Assembly: GCA_040954595.2 (NCBI GenBank)
Contig: CM082577.2
Span: 13,585,903-13,649,902, forward strand
Direction: 5' to 3'
Origin: Balanoglossus misakiensis
Lineage: Eukaryota > Animalia > Hemichordata
DNA length: 64,000 nucleotides
In this document: positions 53,401-64,000 of the stretch, in pieces
Layout of the letters: every line of letters begins with the position of its first letter
Numbering within the stretch: position 1 is the stretch's first letter
The notes under the pieces: generated by a model
What the model saw: the letters and a program-made list of their open reading frames with translations, nothing else
The model's database searches: none
Told to the model about the DNA's origin: nothing
Program-made: the position numbers and the translations under genes

Positions 53401-54210
53401 ACGATAACCTTGTAATCTTTCATCAATACTGTAGATGCCCTGTACATATGTGGCATCCACCGTGTTCCCAAGATATTAACTGGCTTCAGCACAGTTTCTT
53501 CCATTGTCAATGCAAGACTACGTAGTTCTCTCAGGGCCTTTGGCGAATAGTAATACTGCTTGTATACCCCCTTCAGGAGTTCCTTTGCATCTTCTAATAA
53601 AGGCTCCTGTTTAATTGCTTTCAACACACCCACCTCTAAACGATGGGCAACACACTGGATTTCTATTAAATGTGGCACATCACGTTTAATAAGTGCTGAT
53701 ACTCCATTATTCCGGCCTAACATGACTGCAGCTCCATCTGCACCAAATCCAACCAGCTTATTTCGCCATTCCGCACCACCCAGTCCTATGCTGTCCTGAA
53801 AAGCAGCGTCAAGTGAGGCTAAAATTCCCTGTGCATGTGCATGTTGCACTGCCTGGATATTCAGATATTTGTTCTTTGGCATCCCACCTTCCATAATTCT
53901 GATGTACACCAACTCATTCTCTGAACAGGCTGTATCTGTCGAGCCATCACACAACACTGACATGAAGGTACTCTTCTGAACGGAATCAATTAAATCATCC
54001 TTCATTACTTGACAGGTTGCTTCTATAAAGGCTCTGCATGCATGGTCATTGAAATATGTTTGTCCCAAATCGCACTCATTTCTCACATGCAGTCTGCACA
54101 GCTTGGCAAAAGTAGTGAACGGCAACTCTTCTTTGGCAACGAAATATGCAATATTGAATAGTTTTGTCATTTTATTTCTCATGTTCACTTCCATATTTGT
54201 AAAGCAGGTT
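50457..54210 (-). mobile_element. hAT (ZNF862-like) element, 5'-truncated; transposase split by a nested insertion
   Basis: ORFs 53055-54194 (CDGSTD, GADGAAVMLG, CVAHRLE, TRW) and 50648-51196 (PMSTACCERGFS) join in frame through one TAG. Terminus CAGGCCTCGAACTTAAC at 50457 with CACCTGCCC subterminal repeats. Confidence 0.92.
51200..53016 (+). mobile_element. Internally deleted hAT5-type element (1817 bp)
   Basis: 15-bp terminal inverted repeat CAGGGCTCGAAATTA / TAATTTCGAGCCCTG, 5-bp TSD ATATG, GGTAG/CTACC subterminal motifs. Residual C-terminal ORF 51661-52284 (PIHTSECERGFS). Confidence 0.93.
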
Positions 54211-54659
54211 TTTCAGACAAATTAAGACCCCCCTGCCACTGCCACTGATGTTTGTACTGATGTCCCCCCATGCCGGTTGACGTGTCACCAGAAGAATTCT
54301 ATAATTACGCTGTACAGAAGTTGCCGGTGAGCTGTCTGATGTCGAGCAACTGTCAAGTGATGTGATAGACAGTCAATTTCATTTCCTAAGTGATCTAATT
54401 CATGACAGCCATGCTGTACACAAGTTCACCGAGACTGTTTGTATACATCTAAGAAATGTCCGCAAGCTCAATGTGAACAGACTGCATGGTTATATTTTCT
54501 GACGGATGTTCATTAAGCCAATTAATTTGCAGTGTAGGCTTTCATGATTGTTACTTCATCCTGGCAAGAGTTGAATGTGCTCGGGGTAGACCATATGTAA
54601 TAATTTGCCTTGGTCGTTCAAATATATGCCCATTATCACTGTAGAGAGGAGACAACTAA

Positions 54660-55060
54660 GATCATGGATTCCTTGAAAAACTGCACTCAACTATGACTAA
54701 GGACACCACAATTGACATTGCAAAAACTTCTGTAGAGCAAGGCAAATGTGCAGAGTGGTATGAATAAGCGGCTGGAAGATTCTCTATTTTCCGTGATGTC
54801 TTCGCTTAAGTGGAAACCATTTTCAAACATCCTGGCAAGCCACATGCAGCTACAAAGTTGAGATCCCATCTCTTAGACCCTAAATCAGGTTTCTCCAATA
54901 AAATTGGGTCGTTCACATGCAAAATATGCCAAGCTTGCATTAGAACATGAAATCACAGGTACACATCAGAACGTCAGACTTACAAATGTTGTCGTTCATG
55001 AACATTTAGCATACCTTCCTGCATCACCGAATGCTGTTGGTCAGTGTTGTACTGCCTATG
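54660..55060 (+). pseudogene. YqaJ-like exonuclease fragment
   Basis: IAKTSVEQGKCAEWYE*AAGR and VVVHEHLAYLPASPNAVGQC (cf. QS..W...R.GR and ASPDG). Confidence 0.5.
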
Positions 55061-55099
55061 ATGGGATGATATAACATGCCGAGAGACAAGGCCATTCTG

Positions 55100-55172
55100 A
55101 TTGGATGATTTGAAATTATGCAAATGAGATGGGTTTATAAAAGAGATCAGGGCCACTCGGGAGCCTCATTTG
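55100..55172 (+). promoter_or_regulatory. Compact Pol II promoter: inverted CCAAT, octamer, TATA, Inr
   Basis: ATTGG (55100), ATGCAAAT (55118), TATAAAA (55136), TCATTT with A at 55168 (32 nt after the TATA start). Confidence 0.65.
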
Positions 55173-55196
55173 AGCTCTGACTGTCAAGCAGTAGCC

Positions 55197-55454
55197 ATGG
55201 CTACTCCTGATGTATCACCAAGACTGTGCCATCGGGGGTGGCGCAAATGCTACTCTGTAAGGGCCAGCATGCCGTATTTCTTCAATGTAAAGACAGATGA
55301 AAGTCACTGGACAGCGCCAGATGTTCCTGTACATGCAGTCACTACCCCTGGGAGTCCCAGCCCACCTGAGCCTACCCAGGAACCACCAGCAACGCCCACC
55401 CTCTTTGATTCCCAGATCACAGAGGTCACATTGAGCCAAACCATCAACTCCTAA
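55197..55454 (+). CDS. 85-aa WW-domain ORF with Pro/Thr-rich tail (possibly the 5' end of a longer gene)
   Basis: Kozak GCCATGG; GWRKCYSVRASMPYFFNVKTDESHWTAP. Confidence 0.65.
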   Translation: MATPDVSPRLCHRGWRKCYSVRASMPYFFNVKTDESHWTAPDVPVHAVTTPGSPSPPEPTQEPPATPTLFDSQITEVTLSQTINS

Positions 55455-56169
55455 CACGTCAACAAAGACGCCAATGGCCTGTTTTGTTTTCTACTGCGAC
55501 AATCGGAAATGTCTTCTATGCTTGTGAGCGTCAAGTAAGTACAAGGGGTATATATCTATGTTGGAATTTGCGGGTTCTTTAAGCCGACGACAGGGCAGCT
55601 GATACGAACCTAGAAGGGGAATTAACCAGAGACTGGATGAGTGGAGTTGATTGAAATATATCATGGCGAGTGTGGGCGACGATGCCATCAAGACACTGAC
55701 ATGTAGCTAAAGTTCCTCGATTGCATTTTTATTGCAGAGTATGTGCCACCCTCTTGTCCAAATGATTGGGATAGGAAAGTAGCTCGGAAGGTACTGGAAT
55801 GCATTTATGCCAAATGTTTTTTGACAGAAGTGGACCACATCATGCTACCGCCAATCTGTAGACAGAGACTCTAACTCAGAGAAGGAACTTGAGCTCATCT
55901 GACTTAACTTCACCTCGTCACATTTTTAGTATCAGATTAGGGAATGAAAACCACCTGTATTGTGTGTCCTCTTCAACTTTTGTGTGAATCAGTTACATTT
56001 CTTGCATATTCAATCCATAAGAGTTTTGTTGTGGCTGTGGAAAGACGAAATAAATCAACCTAAATCTTGGAAAACATGTCATATTTGGGATACCCAGTGT
56101 GGTTCCTATAAACCGGTACTAAAACCCCAACAGGGGATAAAATTAGTAGTACTGTCATGGGTGTGGCTG

Positions 56170-57400
56170 GCCTTAAAAGCATTGGGGAAGAAATAGGGTG
56201 GGATTGACGGGACTTTATAAAAGAACGATAAAGTGAAGCATGTGAAGAAAGACAAGCCAAAAGAGAAACTGAAATTGTCACACGTAAAATAGAGTTTGAA
56301 CAAAAAAACGGCATATGCAGAAAGGGAAAAAGAAAAAAGAAAAGGAAACTTCAACTTACAAAAGAAGAACCACAGGTCTTGGCCACTCCATCCACTACTA
56401 GTAAGACTAGAAGACCGCCAAAACTGCTCGAGTTTGACGATGGAAAAAATGATATGCATGTGTATTTGATCAGGTTTGAGGTCTTTGCAATAGGCAAAGG
56501 ATGGGAGGGTGTTTGGGCTATCTGCCTGAGTGAATTATTGATGGGAAAGGTACTCTCTGTATATACTAGTATGCCTAGGGAAGATGCAGTTCAATATGAA
56601 ACGGTTAAAGAAGCTTTAAATGAAGAAGGGTTTAGAAGCAAATTGTGAAACATCTAAACAACAGGTAAATGAATCTGCATCACAATTTGCTGCAAGGATG
56701 GTCAAAAACTGCTAATCCAAGATCTGATGATGAGCAATTTCTCAACACCTGTTCACCTGATCTGGCTTTATTTTTTTACATAAAAGGGCCCCTCGTAACA
56801 ATGATTATATTTACAGATAGGGATTCCAGAGATTCTTCTGTGACTAAACAGGGTCAGGGTTTAACATCTCGTGCAACTTCCCAAAGCCCTAAGGGGTCTG
56901 GAATTAAACCATCGAATGAAGCTCAGGATAGAAGGAAGGAACCAAGAAAGTGTTTTAAATGCGGTAATATATAGGGCATTTGAACGCTCAGTGCAGATGT
57001 TCAGTAGCCAGTCGGCCAACTGTAAAATCAGCAGTAATGGAAATACAGAGTAAGGATGTTTCCACCAAGCAATCAGATTCTCCAATAAATCTCAGGTATC
57101 AGCAATGTGTAGTTCCTAAACAGGGAAGACCTGCATGTTTAAAGGATAGGGATAAGGTAATGTTGGACTGTGGTCATGAGTTGCTAATAAAAATTGTTGC
57201 CAGAATCTCACGTTCTAATCCTGATATACATAGTACTAATGCAGTTGTTGAGGGTTTACTGAATGATAAGAAAATACACGTCCTGAGAGACAGTGGATGT
57301 AGTAAAAGGGGTAATTGTTAAATAGTTTGGTAAATTCTACACAGCTTACAGGGGAGGTCAGTACTTGTATAATGATAGATTGGACCTGGAGAAGAGCCCC
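56170..57400 (+). pseudogene. Gypsy (Gmr1-like) gag-protease relic
   Basis: PPKLLEFDDGKNDMHVYLIRFEVFA..WAICLS.LL.GK..Y..VKEAL; zinc knuckle CFKCGNIGH...C; protease VLRDSGCS. Many frameshifts. Confidence 0.82.
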
Positions 57401-57458
57401 TGTATGAAGGCAGTCTTTTCTTCTGCCCCCTCTGCCATAGGGATTTGCCAGTACCTGT

Positions 57459-57930
57459 TGTTACGCAGGATAAGTTTTCTATTGTTTTCGTGACCAGGTG
57501 TTTACGTTCGTTTATATTTGAATATTAAGACCAGGTGTGATGAATTCATTATTTTTCTTGTATAAAAGCCTGCAGGTTGCCATGTTGTAGCTGCTAGATG
57601 AACTGGCCTGTGAGTTGTGTTCCGTTCGAACTGGCTTGAAAGCCGTGCTAGGAAGCCATGTCTAGAAGTTGTACGTGCTGTCTCATGTTGTACTGGTCTG
57701 GAAGCCATGCAGTCTACCTGTGGATTTACTCGGACTAAACGTCGGAACTGTCGCGCGGTGTCGTCGCGTCCTTCGTCCAAACTACGGAACTTTCTACGGG
57801 ACATTGGACTTCATTAGTTTTCATTTCCACACCCGGGTCACACCCAAAGGTAGTTTCTCCAATTTGTGTATTTTTCAGAGTATAATATATACTTTATTAC
57901 CTTTCCATTGCATCTTAAGTTTATCATGCT
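57459..57930 (+). mobile_element. Partial LTR related to 26208-26907 (3' end uncertain)
   Basis: Starts TGTTACG; GTGACCAGGTG twice, TATAAAAGCC, GGTCTGGAAGCC blocks as in the other LTR. Confidence 0.75.
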
Positions 57931-58589
57931 CTGTTGGAAGAAGATGTAACATCCTATCCACAACTTTAGAAGTCCTGTCCCTGGCTTTCTTGTCATAAAG
58001 CAATTTATAACTGGTTTGTGATTTCCCTTACTCCATATGAGCTAATTTACCACATGTCTCTTCTAGTCTGTATTTTAGAACGAGCACATAATAGTTTAAC
58101 TTATTGCTTTATTAGTTATTATGGGAAACAGACATTACAAGCCTCTCTACAGCTTTTCCCCATTTTCCAGCCATAGATTTGTTTTCTTTATATTATGAAA
58201 ATGACTATGTTGTTTTTCGTTTGTTAATCTCTATGGCATGCGTGCACAGGTCAGATGGGGCTGGGGGGGGAACATTCCAGTATTAAGTTCTCCTTTCAGT
58301 TTTACTTTCACATTTACCATTGCTTTATTTACTGCTTTGACATGTTTTAATTTTTATCTATTCAGTAGATATAGAACACAGCTCCTTCTACCTAACCAAA
58401 CTAATTATAATTACTTTCTTAACTGCAATGTACATTAAACATTGTAAATCTTGTACTTATCATTTTGTTTTGAATTTCCATATTGTTTAGGCAACAACAG
58501 ATTCAGGCGATGGTAGATCTTGGTGGGGGTGTTATGATCCGGAGAATACGCCATGATTCCATCCTAGCCGCAGCCAAGGGATCCTCCAC

Positions 58590-58780
58590 AAAGGGGACAC
58601 TTCAGGCATGTACAAGTTAACTGTATGGGGTGATGTAACCAACTGCGAACTCACCACTGGTGATGTAATAACTGCCACAAATGTAAAAAAGGCTGCCTCA
58701 TACGACAACCGCACGACATCTAACAACAATAGTGGTAACTTTGGGATTAACACTGATCTGGAAATGTCAACCGAAGAAAG
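58590..58780 (+). pseudogene. OB-fold (ssDNA-binding-like) fragment
   Basis: GDTSGMYKLTVWGD..LTTGDVITATNVK. Further small + strand exon-like segments at ~60194-60353 and ~60616-60681. Confidence 0.45.
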
Positions 58781-61700
58781 GTTGTCAATTGCATGGAAAA
58801 AGCTGGCTGGTGATTGGCCAGTATATTACAGCGACCGCCACTTCACTGTGTACAAAGGGTTTACCGCACGAACACACACATAAACTCCAACATGACTTTC
58901 ATTACGAACATTCATCTGACCGCAACACGTTTCAACGAACTCTACAGGGAAATTCGAATTCGATCACTGAAGGTAGATTTGTTTCTAGCGATATTTTAGT
59001 AGAATACTGCTTCTTCTCTTGAGATTGACTTATTTAGATTAGGCCTAAAGTAGTTGATAAAGCGTAGATCGACTCATTTCCATTCCTCGCCATTACCAAA
59101 TCATGACCGTATCATGTACATTATACTACAAATATGTTAACGTTGAGTTAAGAATTTTATATTTTATGAACAGTTTCGGTTGTCTAAAACTAAATGAAAA
59201 AATACTGCAGGTTTTGCTTATACCTCTTTTCCATGGAAGACCATTCAACTTTATTATAACGATATTTCACTGGATGGAAAGAAAAAAACGTGTAAGTTTG
59301 AACAAATCTAGCATACCGAAACTAGATGATTTTAATCATTATTTCCTAAATAACAGTCTTAGTAATAAAACACGTAACATGTTGTCTAGTGGGGAAATGT
59401 ATTTTGTATAAAATGTCAAAATGGTTGTTAGCTGCAATGATTGTAGTAGGTGATGCCAGGTTGACTGGTGTGTTCGCAGCCCTACATGGCCTTATGTGTC
59501 CAATCAACTTTCTGTCGTCAGCTAAGTTACGTGGTTTAACGCCGAGAAAATTTGAAAACTGCTTGGTCTCATCCCCTAAAAACACCTCTGACGCCCAATT
59601 TTTCCTCAAAGTGATCTGCTTCCATTAAAAACCCATTGCAATAAATCCACTGAAATCACGCCATGTTTGAGCAAACATGGCAGATAAGTTTAAACACACC
59701 TGAAATTTGGGTACCAAAGTAGATCTAAGATATGTGTTTTAAATAACACAAATTAAATTTTTCCGAACAAAACATAAATCGTCTAAATTTTCAAACACAT
59801 TATACCTGGAAGTCCTCAAAGAGTGAACAAAGCGTAGATGTAGTTTCAAGTATGACACAAGTATTATGTTCTAAGTTTAGATACATGTGTTTGAGTCTAG
59901 CTGCAATGGTGGTAGGGATGGGTTGCACTGACTGAACGGCGTCCATGCGAATTTAGACAATGTCATACATCTACATCATCCATTGCAGTTATAGTGTAGT
60001 TTCAGTTAGAACATGATATAGTGTTATCTTTGTTCAAGGAATAACTTTTCTGGCTTGGCAGACTGCATCATTTTTAATATAAGTGTACAAAACTCTTCAT
60101 ATTTTTCATTCATTCATTCAAGGTACCTCCATTCTCTGACACCAAACCTTGATTCAATAATGTATCACTTATCTGATTTAACTTTTATTCCAGATAACAT
60201 TTGGTCTACTGGAAGACCGTTGTGACGGTGCAGCCTTGGCAATTGCCGTTGCGGCAAAGATAAAAGGAGTGACAATGAAGCCCCACACAGAACTGGTACT
60301 CACTGTGACAAACGAAATTTGTCACAGTGTTGACATAGCAGTGAGCTTACCTGGTATGTAGGCCTACATCTCTTTCATCCTTTTACTGGTTAAAAAAGTC
60401 TGTTTATTTAGAGATAAAAACTACAGCCAATTCGACCACACCACAGAAAAGGAAACATTAATCTTTTCGTTTGGTAAGGGATTGAAAAACACGTTTCTTG
60501 TTAGTGTCAGGTAATGAAATCAGAGACATGAATGGTGGTATCTCCGATGCATTTTTATTTCGCATGTATGACACAGCAATGTTAATGAACTCACTTTTTT
60601 ATTTAATTCACACAGAACTAAACAGAAGAAGGTGAAGTACGGTATGAAGATGAAGAGTGGCTGATAAGCGTCTGGGTTGAGGTAAAATTTCAATTATTTA
60701 TGAAAGGAAACTTACACCCATCAAATAAAAGTGGCTATTTTTTCATGAACATCCCTAGTAGGCTATTGAGTTAATTAAAGAGTAAATGAATTAAAATTTT
60801 GCAATAACAGATCACTGTGTCAGACCAGTACATAATTAGATTACTTACAATTATTTATGTATGTATGGTGTATTTTCTCAACAATCATAACATATATATA
60901 TATGTATTTATATTTCTTCGCAGATCATAAAGAAGAGATGCCGCCGATTTTAATTTTTTTTTTGATATTTTTTATTGTATTCATTTTTTTCAGTAGATTG
61001 TAGTATTAAATTTAGTAATTTAAATAGAAGCGTATGTTTCCGTCTCTATTTCTGACTTTGTGTGTAAGTGTGTAGTACGTGCTAAAATTTGTGGGAGTTA
61101 CCGTGTGATTCCATTGTAGCCTTACAATCGCAAACTACGACATCTTTACGGCAATACTTAAAAGGTTGCCTGATAGAGAGATACAGTTCATACTGTTTTC
61201 ACCGGTGCTACACCAGCCTAGATATGAAAAAATAAGTGAGAACATTTTTCGCTGGTATAATTTTTGACGGCGATGTGGGATGGTTCAGCGCCAGCGCTCC
61301 AACCCAAATATTTAGTGAGAACGCCACCCTGCGATGACTTTTGGGACCCATATGTCTTTGGTCAGTTTCTATTGTGAAGTCCATCACAAGAGCATATGGT
61401 TGGTCATAGAAAACCTCCAGTGACAATCAGTATAAATGGTAAGAAATAATAATAGGTTATCACTGGCCCCTTTTGTATAACTTTGGACCCAATTTCTTAT
61501 TATAAATTTTAATTGTTGAAACCACCAACTAACAAAATTAATTAAAAATAAATGTATATGTTTTGTAACACATATTATTAGCAAGACTACTCTTTCCCAA
61601 GTTGGAACTCAAAGAACAAAGTAAAGGAAATAATTTAAGAAATAGAGGATACCGAAACTGAAGGTGAACAAGGGAGAATTCGTACACGAAGTGGCATCAG

Positions 61701-62483
61701 AGAGGGCTACAACTGCTTACTCGATATTGACAATTTTAGTCCCTGTAATGTAATGATTGAATACAGCATAATACTTCTTCAATGCCAGAGAGTTACAAAC
61801 TGATTTTAGTAATCAATTTGACTGATGGATGAATGAAGAGTATATCTGGAAACAAAATAAAAAGAAAGGGAGGATTATACACAGTGGAGTGAACACTATG
61901 ATTGCCGTAAAATTTTACTATTTCCCTTCCTGTACCACGTATGTGACACGTATCTCATCTACAGACATGGTTCTTATTCAAATGAAGAACTGGAGAATCT
62001 AGAATTGGTAGTGCAGCAGTTCGTATCAAAACTAACAGAGATTGGTAGTACACTAATAAGGTATCTGACCTTAAAACTTCAGAAAACCCCCAAATCAGCT
62101 ATTTAGGGTGAGTTACTTTTCTATTTGTGTTTGTGTGTCAATTGCAAACTCTTATTCTAATCATAAACGCTTGTAGGAACACACACAATCCAGCTTATAA
62201 ATTCACTCCTTTAAAAGTGAATTGTAATATGGACTAAGGTTAAAATGTTGACCATAGATGCTATTAAAGTGACTAATCAGCCCGTTGTGGCTTGGTGTAC
62301 TGCACTAGTCACTATAATAAATATTATCTATCTATCTACCAATATCATCTTATATCATGCCAAGAAGTGATGTTGAATTTTTTTAGTCATTGTGTGGCTG
62401 AGCTACTTCAACTGTTACTTACAATTGTATCTGAATGCTGTTTCTATTTTATGGTTGTAACCATTGGATATTGCGAAAATGCA

Positions 62484-63221
62484 TGTTACAGACAATTAGG
62501 TTAAATTTGTTTGTCTACGTAACTTGTGATGAAGTTATGTTTGTTTTGTTTCATGGCCAGGTGCACCAATGTTGATTGCTTTATTTAACATATAAGCATG
62601 ACCAGGTGTTAATTAGTTTTGCTCCTATAAAAGCCACCCAGTGCCACGTTGTCGTGTGGCTCATTTGATTCTGGTCTGGTAGCTGTGCCATCGCATTGTC
62701 GTGGAGTTTGGGAGCCCACCTTATTGAGTTTGCCTGTCTACTGTGGTAGCTGAGGATTGTACACTGCCGAAGGGACTTGTGAAGTCGTGGTGGATGTTTT
62801 CGAGGACGCCGCGTGGAATTTGGGAGCCGTCCTGAGGGAGCGCGTCTTCGTGTCACTGTGGAACTGCATTTGAGGTAATACGTGGCTGTCTTTAATTGTA
62901 CACTGGCGTAAAAGGGACAGAAAGGCCAGGATTGTTGTGCGTCGAGTGACTGAACTGTTTGTTAGACTTTGAACTTGTTAGAAATTTTGTTATGGTCACC
63001 TGGTCACGCTCGAATTTACTTTGTAGGTTTGTGTAAATATTATTTAACCTATCGTGAATATTCCTCGTTTCTGCAATCAAACTAATACTGTAAATAGACT
63101 GGTATGTTGTACCTGTGCTGTCTTTGACCATTTCTTTTGTTGTGAAACAAGCCATCCGGTCAGGTAAATTGGCCTCTCTATTATCCGCATATTTTTGGCT
63201 CGGACGGCCTGCGTCGTAACA
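62484..63221 (+). mobile_element. Solo-like LTR, distantly related to the other two
   Basis: TGTTACA...CGTCGTAACA, GACCAGGTG, TATAAAAGCC. No TSD seen, so the start is uncertain. Confidence 0.7.
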
Positions 63222-63535
63222 AACTTAATAGAAAACAACTTTGAGAACTGTTGTTTCACTTTAGATGCATCAATATAACTCGCCTAACTTCATTTAAAGG
63301 AAACAGTCAACACACTACCTTCTTCACATCACAGATGACATTATTAAACACGGGCCTGCCCAATTCAACAATACAGTGCAATCAAATTTAGGTGCATCAT
63401 GAGGTCTGGCCAAAAGGGAAAGTTACAGCCAATGTGGCCTTAAAATGACGCTTTTAAACTGGTTTTATCCAAATAAATTACTTTTTATGGGTAAGTGCTT
63501 AGATTTCAACTGATAATTTTGTTTCTCAATTTCAG

Positions 63536-63912
63536 AACATATTCTACTGGACAATCAGCCTCATCTGAGACTAAACTGCTTCCATTACACAAGTTCCGAG
63601 TGGCTTGGAATTGTTATGCCAGCTTTCTTGACATTAACTTCGATGATGCTTTCCAGTGTACATGGCGTGTGAGGGGACCAACCACCAGTCATTATATGTG
63701 ATGGAACAAGCCTTGGGATGAATAAACAGCTGCTAAAGCAGTTCACCATGGAAACTGACACAAGCAGGGAAGACTATCCAACCATGACTGGCAGTAAACA
63801 TGAAGATCATCTTTTTATAAAAAGTGCAAAAGGAAGAAAACTACTACTGCAGTACGCTGGTTCTTCAACACCACTCTCAACTGAAGACTGTGCATCATTA
63901 AAGAAGTGGTAG
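63536..63912 (+). pseudogene. KDZ/HMGXB3-like transposase fragment
   Basis: HKFRVAWNCYASFLDINFDDAFQC, then a frameshift to QPPVIICDGTSLG. Confidence 0.4.
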
Positions 63913-64000
63913 GATCTTTTATTTGTTTCTTGCTTGCATCACTTAGCCATCCCATGTATCATTACCATTTTTATTAAACTTTCTGGCCAATGCATAACAT

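Noticed and set aside
26208-63221. Two of the three LTRs as paired ends of one giant retroelement
   Set aside because: They are clearly diverged, the first follows a polypurine tract (so it is a 3' LTR), and no shared TSD is visible.

Overview
AT-rich eukaryotic DNA, most likely from a marine invertebrate (inferred from the transposon families present). It has GT-AG introns and microsatellites, and no operons, rRNA, tRNA or CRISPR array. No intact host gene is evident. The window is a dense mosaic of short pieces from about 20 unrelated transposon families: hAT/ZNF862-like, Harbinger-type Myb/SANT, Kolobok, KolobokP, Tx1, Gmr1-like Gypsy, RecQ (Academ-like), MULE, L2, piggyBac, DIRS, Crypton, a Chapaev/RAG1-N-like gene, YqaJ and KDZ-like. 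Nearly every fragment I can recognise is coded on the + strand; the one clear exception is a hAT at 50457-54210. That pattern suggests a uni-strand piRNA-cluster-like transposon archive (inference). Structures resolved to the base: (1) a near-identical 6847-bp tandem duplication carrying a KolobokP-like 458-bp terminal repeat and a 678-aa DDE transposase split by a 1447-bp CCC..GGG element with a 2-bp target-site duplication (TSD); (2) a hAT5 element with a 5-bp TSD nested in a related hAT; (3) two nested Helentron-type non-autonomous elements; (4) a spliced RAG1-N-terminus-like gene fragment; (5) a compact CCAAT-octamer-TATA-Inr promoter in front of a small WW-domain ORF. Family names come from motif recall, not database searches.
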